This document shows, in pieces, positions 8,011 to 16,232 of a stretch of 36,792 bases of DNA. This DNA comes from Dehalococcoidales bacterium. Lineage in GTDB: Bacteria > Chloroflexota > Dehalococcoidia > Dehalococcoidales > RBG-16-60-22. The notes beneath the pieces are model-generated. The model saw nothing but the letters and a program-made list of their open reading frames with translations. It had not been told where the DNA came from and did no database searches. Both the position numbers and the translations under genes were made by a program. Positions within the stretch are counted from its first letter, which is position 1. Every line of letters starts with the position of its first letter. The stretch covers positions 1 to 36,792 of the forward strand of contig JAUWGD010000002.1 in assembly GCA_030606585.1 (NCBI GenBank), written 5' to 3'.

Positions 8011-9153
8011 GTGGATCCTAGACTCTCTGAAGAACAGGAAATACTAAGAAAATCAGCCCGTGACTTCTTAACCGATAAATGCCCTAAAACGCTGGTCAGG
8101 GAAATGGAAAAGGATGAGAAAGGCTACTCGCCGGAGCTCTGGAAGGAAATAGCCGACCTGGGCTGGATGGGGCTGGCATTTCCGGAGGAGTACGGCGGCG
8201 GCGGCATGAGCTCCCTCGACCTGGCGATACTTCTCGAGGAAATGGGGCGGGTCTGCTTCCCCGGGCCATTTTTCTCCACCGTGATTTGTGGGGGCTTGCC
8301 CATCCTGGATGCCGGAAGCGACGCACAAAAACGGAAGTACCTGCCCGATATTATCAGCGGTAAAACTATCTTTACCCTGGCACTGACCGAGGCCAGCGGT
8401 AAATACGATGCCGCCTCCGTTAAAGTTAAGGCTACTGCGGAGAATGGAAATTATATCATCAACGGCACCAAGCTTTTCATCCCCGACGCTAATGTCGCCG
8501 ACTATATTCTCTGCGTGGCCAGGACCGATGATAAGGCAAAAAAGCCCGAAGACGGCATAACCGTTTTTATAGTTGATGCAAAGAGCCAGGGTATCAGCAC
8601 CACCGTGCTGAAGACAATCGCCCGGGACAAACAATGCGAGGTGGTTTTCAACGGGGTAAAAGTGCCCAAAGAAAATATCCTCGGTGAATTAAACCAGGGT
8701 TGGGGCGATGTGCAGAAGATAATTGAACGCGCCGCCATCGCCAAGAGCTGTGAGATGCTGGGGGGCATGGAGATGGTACTGGATATGACGGTGGCCTATG
8801 TCAAAGAAAGAGTACAGTTTGATGTCCCTGTCGGTGTTTTCCAGGCAGTACAGCACCATTGTGTCTATATGCTGGTAGAGGTTGAAGGCTCCAGGGCAAC
8901 TGCTTATGAGGCAGCCTGGAGGTTAAGTACCGGGCGCCCCTACTCCAGTGAAGCCGCTATAACCAAGGCCTGGGTAAGCGATGCCTACCAGCGTGTCGTC
9001 GCTCTGGGTACGCAATCGCACGGGGGTGTGTCTATCATGGAGGACCATGACCTGCCATTATATTTCCGGCGGGCCAAGGCCGCCGAACTTGCCTTTGGTG
9101 ATGCTCGTTTTCATAGAAAAACGGTAGCCCGGAATCTCGGGTTCAAGGTATAG
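8011..9153 (+). CDS. acyl-CoA dehydrogenase
   Basis: GTG start with GGAAAGGAG upstream, 21 nt after the preceding ACAD. Motifs: LSEEQEILRKSARDFL, LTEASGKYDAASVKVKA, NGTKLFI, ERVQFDVPVGVFQAVQHH. Confidence 0.85.
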   Translation: MDPRLSEEQEILRKSARDFLTDKCPKTLVREMEKDEKGYSPELWKEIADLGWMGLAFPEEYGGGGMSSLDLAILLEEMGRVCFPGPFFSTVICGGLPILDAGSDAQKRKYLPDIISGKTIFTLALTEASGKYDAASVKVKATAENGNYIINGTKLFIPDANVADYILCVARTDDKAKKPEDGITVFIVDAKSQGISTTVLKTIARDKQCEVVFNGVKVPKENILGELNQGWGDVQKIIERAAIAKSCEMLGGMEMVLDMTVAYVKERVQFDVPVGVFQAVQHHCVYMLVEVEGSRATAYEAAWRLSTGRPYSSEAAITKAWVSDAYQRVVALGTQSHGGVSIMEDHDLPLYFRRAKAAELAFGDARFHRKTVARNLGFKV

Positions 9154-9161
9154 TAAATAAC

Positions 9162-9190
9162 TTGATTTTTAACCGGATGGGTATTAAAAT
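9162..9190 (+). promoter_or_regulatory. possible internal sigma70 promoter
   Basis: TTGATT (9162..9167), a 17 nt spacer, then TAAAAT (9185..9190), in the 83 nt gap before the M24-like gene. Confidence 0.3.
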
Positions 9191-9236
9191 CACGTTGCCA
9201 TAAAGATAAAGGTTATCTCGGCAAAGGAGGGGTCTA

Positions 9237-10457
9237 ATGTCGAAATTCGCGGTACGACCTTTCGGCGGGCCGGAGGCGGTCGACTGGTCGGAGAGGATAA
9301 ACACCACCCGCATGAGGGAGGAAAGGCTGGCCAAAGCCCAGGCTTCCCTGAAGAAGCACGGTATAGCCGCCTGCCTGCTAATGCGTCCCGAGAACATGCG
9401 TTACGTGACCAGCACCAAAGCGGTAAATTTTATCGACCAGCTCAGATACACGGTAGCTTTTGCGGACCACGACCCCATAGTCTACGAGCTGCCCCCCGGC
9501 AACCTCTTCGGGGTGTGCCCCTGGGTTAAGCCGGAGAACCTCAAACTCGCTATCCTGTGGGCCGATGAAGCCTGCGGTCCGGCGGCCACCTGGGAAAGGG
9601 CCCAGAAATTCGCCCGGTCCATCAAGCAGGACTTGAAAGAAAAGGGCCTCGAAAAAGAAAAACTGGGCATTGATAAACTCGATGAACCCGGTCAGCAGGC
9701 GCTCAGGGAGGCCGGTATCGAGACCGTCGACGTTATGACGGCGATGCTGGAGGCGAGGGCGGTAAAGACAGAGGACGAGATTAACTGTATTATGATGGCG
9801 GTAGCCATATCCGAGGTCGGCTGGTACGCCCTTTACGAGGCTCTCAAGCCGGGTGTCCTGGGTCGGGACCTCATTGCCGCGGCTAATAAAGCCATGTACA
9901 GCGCCGGGGCTGAAGACGTCTGGGGAGTCCTGGGAGGCGCGCGCAACACCGGTATCGTACAGGTGGGCGATGTCATTACCGTGGACTTCTGCCGTATTAC
10001 CTACCTGGGATACAATACCTGTTATTACCGCAACATCATTTGCGGCCGCAAGCCCAACCAGAAAGAGATGGACATGCACAAACGGAGCTACGAACGGGTG
10101 TACAACGTCATCGAAGCTATCAAGCCCGGGGTCTCCACCGCCGACGTCGCCAAGCACTGGCTGCCCGCCAAGGACAGGGGCTACCCCACCGAGGAGTATA
10201 CCTGGTGCGAGGACTTAGCCCACGGCCTGGGCCTGTGGCTCTACGAATACCCCACCATCAACCGGCTCTGGTCGTTCGATTACCCCATGACGCTGGAAAA
10301 GGGCATGACCATGGCAGTAGAAGCCATGGAGGCTGACCCGGCGGTCGGCAGGACCAAACTCGAAGAGATGATAGTTATCGGCGATGAAGGCGCCGAGATT
10401 ATGACCAAGATGCCCGTCAAGGACATGATGATAGCAAGTCCCATAATCATAGCCTGA
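9237..10457 (+). CDS. M24 family creatinase/prolidase-fold protein (Xaa-Pro peptidase / creatinase-like)
   Basis: 406 aa. A creatinase/prolidase N-domain-like start (RMREERLAKAQASLKKHGIAACLLMRPENMRYVT) plus a pita-bread domain: GDVITVDF...GYNTCYYRN, AHGLGL, MTMAVEAM, LEEMIVI. AAAGGAGG RBS. Confidence 0.75.
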   Translation: MSKFAVRPFGGPEAVDWSERINTTRMREERLAKAQASLKKHGIAACLLMRPENMRYVTSTKAVNFIDQLRYTVAFADHDPIVYELPPGNLFGVCPWVKPENLKLAILWADEACGPAATWERAQKFARSIKQDLKEKGLEKEKLGIDKLDEPGQQALREAGIETVDVMTAMLEARAVKTEDEINCIMMAVAISEVGWYALYEALKPGVLGRDLIAAANKAMYSAGAEDVWGVLGGARNTGIVQVGDVITVDFCRITYLGYNTCYYRNIICGRKPNQKEMDMHKRSYERVYNVIEAIKPGVSTADVAKHWLPAKDRGYPTEEYTWCEDLAHGLGLWLYEYPTINRLWSFDYPMTLEKGMTMAVEAMEADPAVGRTKLEEMIVIGDEGAEIMTKMPVKDMMIASPIIIA

Positions 10458-10507
10458 CAAGCCCAACAGAGGCTTAAAGAATTGGATTTTAAAAAGGAGG
10501 TACTTTC

Positions 10508-11905
10508 ATGACTTACTCACAGGTTCCCAAGAGTTGGGATGGTGAAGCTGATGTTATCGTAGTTGGTGGTGGCAATACCGGTATACCGGCCGCCATTACG
10601 GCATACGACAAGGGAGCCAAGGTAATAGTGCTGGAGGCTTCTGGCGGTATGGCCAGTAGTCTGGCCATGATTGCCGGGGGAACGCCGTTTACCGGTACCG
10701 ACCTGCAGAAAGCCGAGGGTATTGAGGATTCCCCTGACAAACTGTATGAGGAAGCCGTCAAGGTTAGCGGTGGCGACCCGGAGCTCTGGAGAGCACTGGC
10801 AGACCGTCAGGAGGAAGTCTACGAATGGCTTAAATCCCTGGGTGCCAAACCAGAAAAAGTACTTCTGGCGCCGGGACACAAAGTAAGACGCTCTATTAAA
10901 TTTGAAGGCCATGGCCCCGCTCTCTGCAACATTCTCCGGAACGCCCTGAAAAAGTCGGGGATTGATGTCCGGTACAAGCATCGCGCCAGAAAACTGATCG
11001 TCGATAACGGCCGGGTCATCGGCATCACTGCCGAGTCTGGTGACAAAACTAATAGCTTCAAGGCCAGGAAAGCGGTTATTCTCGCCACCGGTGGCTTTTG
11101 TCAAAACTTGGACATCGTGAAGGAGTTTGGGCCGCAGTATGCTGATTTAGTTCCCACAGCGCCTAAAACCCATCAGGGTGACGGCCTGAAAATGGCTATG
11201 GGCATCGGCGCAGGGACGGATGGTCTGGGCTTGGCAGTATGTCCGTCCATGCCCGTAGGCGCCGAGACTCTTCAATTCGTAAATGCGGGCATACAGGGCG
11301 GCATTACCGTGGACAGGTACGGGAAGAGATTCGGTAATGAGGCGACAGAAGAACTAGGCACCTACACTGAAAAGCATAAGATATGTCTGGATCATGACCC
11401 AACCGGTCTGCACATTACTGTTTCCGACCAGGCGATAAAGGACCTCAATGAGCCGCCATCAACCACTACTCGCGAACCGATTTACAGGGTAGACACTATT
11501 GAGGAACTGGAGAAACAGCTCGGCATTCCCGCCGGAAACCTGAAGGCGACCGTTGACGAGTATAACTCGGATATCAAGAAGTACGGTTATGACAGGAAGT
11601 TCGGCCGGCGCCTGCAAGGAATGTACTGGCCGGATTTGCCGGTGATGAAACTGGATCACCCTCCGTTCTATGCTGTTAAAAACAAGATTTGCCTGACTTC
11701 GATGAAGGGCGGCTTGAAAATCAACGCGAAGTGCCAGATAATCGACCAGTTCGGCGATGTTATTCCAGGACTCTACGCAGCCGGGGAGATAGCCGGAGGC
11801 TTGGAGCGCATACCCCACCATTACTACACCGGAAGAATGACGATGCAAGCCTTCACCCAGGGAAGAATCGCCGGAGATGTTGCCGCCGACGAACCCGGCA
11901 GCTAG
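10508..11905 (+). CDS. FAD-dependent oxidoreductase, FAD_binding_2 family (soluble fumarate-reductase / 3-ketosteroid-dehydrogenase-like flavoprotein)
   Basis: Rossmann dinucleotide motif DVIVVGGGNTGIPAAITAYDKGAKVIVLEAS. Further motifs ILATGGF, HQGDGLKMAMGIGA, and C-terminal GLYAAGEIAGG...FTQGRIAG. AAAAGGAGG RBS. Confidence 0.75.
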   Translation: MTYSQVPKSWDGEADVIVVGGGNTGIPAAITAYDKGAKVIVLEASGGMASSLAMIAGGTPFTGTDLQKAEGIEDSPDKLYEEAVKVSGGDPELWRALADRQEEVYEWLKSLGAKPEKVLLAPGHKVRRSIKFEGHGPALCNILRNALKKSGIDVRYKHRARKLIVDNGRVIGITAESGDKTNSFKARKAVILATGGFCQNLDIVKEFGPQYADLVPTAPKTHQGDGLKMAMGIGAGTDGLGLAVCPSMPVGAETLQFVNAGIQGGITVDRYGKRFGNEATEELGTYTEKHKICLDHDPTGLHITVSDQAIKDLNEPPSTTTREPIYRVDTIEELEKQLGIPAGNLKATVDEYNSDIKKYGYDRKFGRRLQGMYWPDLPVMKLDHPPFYAVKNKICLTSMKGGLKINAKCQIIDQFGDVIPGLYAAGEIAGGLERIPHHYYTGRMTMQAFTQGRIAGDVAADEPGS

Positions 11906-11967
11906 GCATCCGTATAAAACTCACGCACCACCGGACATTTGAGGCGAGATAAAGAATTAAGATAATA

Positions 11968-13329
11968 ATGAAGTGGCAGGATAAGTACCGCGATAAGTTA
12001 ATAACGGCCAAAGAAGCGGCTGGACTGATAACCTCCGGCTCTGATGTCATCTTTGCCATGATGGACCAGCCCAAGGACATCATGGTAGAAACCGCCAATC
12101 GGGCCGGTGAGCTGGAGAATGTGACTTTAACCTCTCATTGGGTAGAGGATTTCCCTTTCCTCCACCCCAGCCAGTACCCTGAAATGGAAAAGGCGTTCCG
12201 TATCGTAGACCCCATGACCCTGAGGACCACCCGGGAAGAGATACGCAACAAGAAAATAGACTGGCAGCCGACCGTCTTCGGGCTGAGCAACGGCGAAAGG
12301 CAGCAGGACCCCGGCAGGGGGAGATTATACCACTATAAAGACATCTTCTACTTCAAGCTCACCCCTCCCGATGAAAACGGCCGCTGCAGCTTCGGGCCGC
12401 ATCCCTGGTACACGCCCACCGTTTGCCGGACCGCCAGGGTAAAAGTCGCCGAAATCGACCCGCGTCTTACGTGGGTTCACGGTGAATATGTCAACATAGA
12501 CGACATCGACTATCTTGTCGAAGCGCCCGATGAGGCAGACCTCAGGGGCAAGGAAATCCTGGGCATGACGCCGTCTGACGAAGAGTGGGAGCTATCCCAG
12601 GTCATCGGCGCCAATGCCGCCTCCCTGGTCAACGACGGCGATACCGTACAGATTGGCGTGGGCACCGCCGCCGAAGCGATTATGGGCTTCATGGCTGAGA
12701 AAAATGACCTCGGTATCGATAGCGAGGTAATCTATTCCCAGACGATAGACCTGGTCAAGCGCGGCGTTATCACCGGAAAATATAAAACCCATGACACCGG
12801 GCAGGTAACCGCCGCCAACCTCCAGCTCTACGGCTATGACAATCCCATAAGCATCGAGTCCCGCGAATATGTCAGAGACAACCCGGCATTTTTATTCCGG
12901 GATATCTCCACGCAGTGCAGCGTCCCCAGAATCGCCGCGCAGGAAAATATGGTAGCTATCAATAACATCCTGACGGTTGACCTCCTGGGACAGGTTGTCA
13001 TTACTCATCTCGGCTCAACTCCGATTACCGGTCCCGGGGGACAGGTGGACTTCTGCGTCGGCGCGCATTATTCCAAAGGTGGTCGCTCCATATCCATGTT
13101 GAAGTCGACCGCGCTGGACGGGAAGGTATCGCGGATAGTGCCAAAGTTCGATGCCGGCACGGTGATAATGATTCCCATGGTTTACCTCGACTACCTGGTT
13201 ACCGAATATGGAATCGCCAACCTCGACTGCAAGAGCCGGCGGGAGAGGGCAGAGGCTGTTATCTCGGTAGCCCACCCCGATTTCCGGGATGAGTTGAGGC
13301 AAGCCGCCAAGGAAATGTTCTACCCGTAG
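11968..13329 (+). CDS. acetyl-CoA hydrolase/transferase family protein, 4-hydroxybutyrate CoA-transferase-like
   Basis: 453 aa. N-terminus KLITAKEAAGLITSGSDVIF and the family signature TGPGGQVDFCVGAHYSKGGRSI. The RBS is weak. Confidence 0.8.
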   Translation: MKWQDKYRDKLITAKEAAGLITSGSDVIFAMMDQPKDIMVETANRAGELENVTLTSHWVEDFPFLHPSQYPEMEKAFRIVDPMTLRTTREEIRNKKIDWQPTVFGLSNGERQQDPGRGRLYHYKDIFYFKLTPPDENGRCSFGPHPWYTPTVCRTARVKVAEIDPRLTWVHGEYVNIDDIDYLVEAPDEADLRGKEILGMTPSDEEWELSQVIGANAASLVNDGDTVQIGVGTAAEAIMGFMAEKNDLGIDSEVIYSQTIDLVKRGVITGKYKTHDTGQVTAANLQLYGYDNPISIESREYVRDNPAFLFRDISTQCSVPRIAAQENMVAINNILTVDLLGQVVITHLGSTPITGPGGQVDFCVGAHYSKGGRSISMLKSTALDGKVSRIVPKFDAGTVIMIPMVYLDYLVTEYGIANLDCKSRRERAEAVISVAHPDFRDELRQAAKEMFYP

Positions 13330-13458
13330 TATTATGACACGAGGTGTTATAGTGCTAATATATAAAGGTGTAATTATTATATGGTTAAAATCAGTACCCG
13401 GGTTAATATAATTACCTGAGAATTATTTACCTGTTAAAAACTGAGGAGGTAGGAAATA

Positions 13459-14919
13459 GTGCAGATAAAACAAAAGTTAACCAAGATAGTCGGTGCCGCA
13501 AATGTTTCCGACGACCCCGGAGCACTTCTATCTTATTCCAGGGACTGTAGTCTCAGTACTCCTCGCATGCCCAATTACATAGCCAGACCGAAGAATACGG
13601 AAGAGGTGCAGGCTGTCATCAAGCTGGCCAACGAAAGCGGGGTACCGGTCGTCCCCTGCAGTTCGGGCATACACTTCTACGGAAACACCATTCCCAATAT
13701 GGGCGGTATTGTGCTGGATATGAGGAGGATGAACAAAATTCTGGACGTCGACCTGGACAATAAAATGGTGCGGGTCGAGCCCGGCGTTACCTGGGGGCAA
13801 TTGCAAGCAGAAACGGCGAAGTATAAAATGATGGGCCTCGGTCCGCTGCTGCCCCACCCCCTCAAGTCCGTGCTGACCAGCCACCTGGAAAGGGAACCGA
13901 TGCTGATACCCAAGTTCGAGTATGCCGGCAGCATGGTAACCGTGGAAGTGGTCTTCGCCGACGGCCAGGCGTTCCGAACCGGTTCAGCCTGCGTGCCCGG
14001 TTTTCCCGATAAAAGCATGGCTGAGGGTGTTAATCCCGGTGGACCGGGTTATCTGTCTTATCAGTGGCTCGTTCAGGGTGCTCAGGGAACTATGGGAGTG
14101 GTAACCTGGGCAAAGGTCAAGATGGCACCCAAGCCCAGGATAGACAAGACATTCTTCATTCCATTTGAACAGCTCGATGACGCCGTACAGATGGTTTACA
14201 GCATACAGCGGCGTATGATAGGTGAAGAATGCCTCATATTGAATGACGTAAACCTGGCCGCTATCCTGGCCAAGAAGTGGCCCGCGGATTATGAAAATCT
14301 CAAGAGAGTACTGGCGCCCTGGACCGTTATCCTGGTCTCCGGCGGCGGATGGAGACGCCCCGAAGAAAAAATAGAATACGAGGAAGACGGGCTGCGCGAA
14401 GCGGCTGCCGAACTGCATATCCCTGAACTGCCGACATCGCTGCCCGGGCTGCCCGGTATTGAAAGAGAACTCCCGGGAATCCTGCGCAATGCCTGGCCTG
14501 AGAAAAAGCCCTACTGGAAGTTTGCCGCCAAAGGTGCTTCTCAGGATGTTTTCTTTTATACGACGATGGACCGGGCATCCGAATTTACCCAGGTCCTGAG
14601 CCAGGTAGCTGCCGAAAGTGGCTATTGTATCGACGATATTGGCGTCTATGTACAACCCATGGAGTACGGACGTTCCTGTCACTTTGAATGCAGCTTCCCC
14701 TACAACCCGAACAATGGCGATGAAGTGGCGATAGTCAGTAACCTGTACGCCGAGGCTGCCGAGACCGCACTTGGTCTGGGCGGTTATTTCTCCAGACCGT
14801 ACGGCATCATAGCCGATATGGTCTACGAAAGAGCCGGGGGTTATTCAGCTGCTATGAAAAAAGTCAAGAAAATACTCGACCCCAATAATATCATGTCGCC
14901 CGGCAGACTATGCTTCTAG
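13459..14919 (+). CDS. FAD-binding PCMH-type oxidase/dehydrogenase (GlcD-like), trio copy 1 subunit A
   Basis: GTG start after GAGGAGG. Motifs: IVGAANVSDDP, EEVQAVIKLANESGVPVVP, MNKILDVDLDNKMVRVEPGVTWGQL. C-terminal FAD-oxidase tail ILDPNNIMSPGRLCF. Confidence 0.8.
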   Translation: MQIKQKLTKIVGAANVSDDPGALLSYSRDCSLSTPRMPNYIARPKNTEEVQAVIKLANESGVPVVPCSSGIHFYGNTIPNMGGIVLDMRRMNKILDVDLDNKMVRVEPGVTWGQLQAETAKYKMMGLGPLLPHPLKSVLTSHLEREPMLIPKFEYAGSMVTVEVVFADGQAFRTGSACVPGFPDKSMAEGVNPGGPGYLSYQWLVQGAQGTMGVVTWAKVKMAPKPRIDKTFFIPFEQLDDAVQMVYSIQRRMIGEECLILNDVNLAAILAKKWPADYENLKRVLAPWTVILVSGGGWRRPEEKIEYEEDGLREAAAELHIPELPTSLPGLPGIERELPGILRNAWPEKKPYWKFAAKGASQDVFFYTTMDRASEFTQVLSQVAAESGYCIDDIGVYVQPMEYGRSCHFECSFPYNPNNGDEVAIVSNLYAEAAETALGLGGYFSRPYGIIADMVYERAGGYSAAMKKVKKILDPNNIMSPGRLCF

Positions 14920-14950
14920 TTCAAATTAGATAATGTAAGTAGGTGAAAAA

Positions 14951-16210
14951 ATGTTGAAAGTTGAAGAATATAAGCATCAAGCATCGACATGTGTCAGGTG
15001 CAGCTACTGCAAGATGGTCGACCTTAACTGGGTAAAAAGCAGCCGGTTTTCACGACAGTGCCCGATTGACGTGAGATACAGATACAATCTTTATTCAGGT
15101 CACGGGCTCCTCCACGCGGCCCTGGCCGAGCTGGACGGCAAGCTGGACTTTACCCCGAAGCTCATGGACGCCCTGTGGCACTGCACACTTTGCGGCGGCT
15201 GCGATATAAGGTGTAAAAGGAACCTGGATGTAGAGGTACTCCAGGTAATCGAGACGCTGAGATGCCGGTGTGTCGAACAGGGGAACACCCTGCCCGAGCA
15301 CAAGATGCTGGCCGCTAATGTAAAGAAAAGCCACAATATATACGGCGCCGCCCACGGAACCCGCTTCAAATGGATGCCGAAAGACGTCAAGCCGGCTGCC
15401 AAAGCGGACATTCTCTATTTCGTCGGCGACCCGTCGTGTTACCGGCACCCGGAAATTGCCCAGGCTACCGTAACGCTGCTGAGCAAAGCCGGGATTAAGT
15501 TCATGGTACTGAAGGACGAATGGAGCAGCGGCCACGAACTGTTCGCCACGGCTCAACTGGAACTGGCGAAAGAAATGGCGGAGCATAATATTCAAGCCAT
15601 CAAGAACTCCGGCGTCAAGACGGTAATAACCAGCGACGCCGAAGCCTACAAGACACTCAAGGTGGACTATCCTAAGATTCTGGAAAAGTCCACTGAGGAT
15701 ATGCCTTATACCGTCCTGCACATCACGGAATATATAGACCAGCTGATGCAAGACGGTAAAATAAAGTTCAACCGGAAAGTCGCCATGAAGGTAACCTACC
15801 ATGACCCCTGCAACCTCGGCCGACTCGCCGACCCGTGGTATCACTGGGAACCGAAGTATGAATCGCCGAACATCGCCGTGGGTAAAAAGTGGCGGCGCGG
15901 GTACGACGGCATTTATGAGCCGCCGCGGAATATTCTCAAAGGGATAAGGGGAATAGAGCTTATCGAAATGGACAGGCACCATGATAATGCCTGGTGCTGC
16001 GGCTACGGCGGCGGTGTCGGGGTGGCTTTCCCTGACGACGCTATGTGGACGGCCGGTGAGCGGACGGAAGAAGCCCAACTAACCGGCGCCGAGGCCATAG
16101 TAAGCTGCTGTCCCAACTGTAAGGACATCCTCGGTCAGGCCGCTGAGGCGGATAGTACCGGGATGAAAGTTTATGATATTACCGAAGTAATGCTTCGGGC
16201 AATCAGGTAG
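14951..16210 (+). CDS. (Fe-S)-binding protein with ferredoxin-type Cys motifs and CCG domains (HdrD/GlcF-like), trio copy 1
   Basis: CVRCSYCK...CP and CTLCGGCDIRC motifs. The second CCG domain is intact (YHDPCNLGR, AWCCGYGGG, SCCPNCKD). The first CCG domain is degenerate (see findings). Confidence 0.8.
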   Translation: MLKVEEYKHQASTCVRCSYCKMVDLNWVKSSRFSRQCPIDVRYRYNLYSGHGLLHAALAELDGKLDFTPKLMDALWHCTLCGGCDIRCKRNLDVEVLQVIETLRCRCVEQGNTLPEHKMLAANVKKSHNIYGAAHGTRFKWMPKDVKPAAKADILYFVGDPSCYRHPEIAQATVTLLSKAGIKFMVLKDEWSSGHELFATAQLELAKEMAEHNIQAIKNSGVKTVITSDAEAYKTLKVDYPKILEKSTEDMPYTVLHITEYIDQLMQDGKIKFNRKVAMKVTYHDPCNLGRLADPWYHWEPKYESPNIAVGKKWRRGYDGIYEPPRNILKGIRGIELIEMDRHHDNAWCCGYGGGVGVAFPDDAMWTAGERTEEAQLTGAEAIVSCCPNCKDILGQAAEADSTGMKVYDITEVMLRAIR

Positions 16211-16232
16211 AATAAGATTAAAGGAGATAACG

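Noticed and set aside
15095-16078. 327 aa antisense ORF inside the copy 1 Fe-S protein gene. Similar long antisense ORFs occur at 22296..23249, 9378..10157, 13984..14682, 10517..11104 and 8068..8634.
   Set aside because: All are mirror frames of well-supported CDS with biased third-position GC. They have no start context and no family motifs. I treat them as non-coding.
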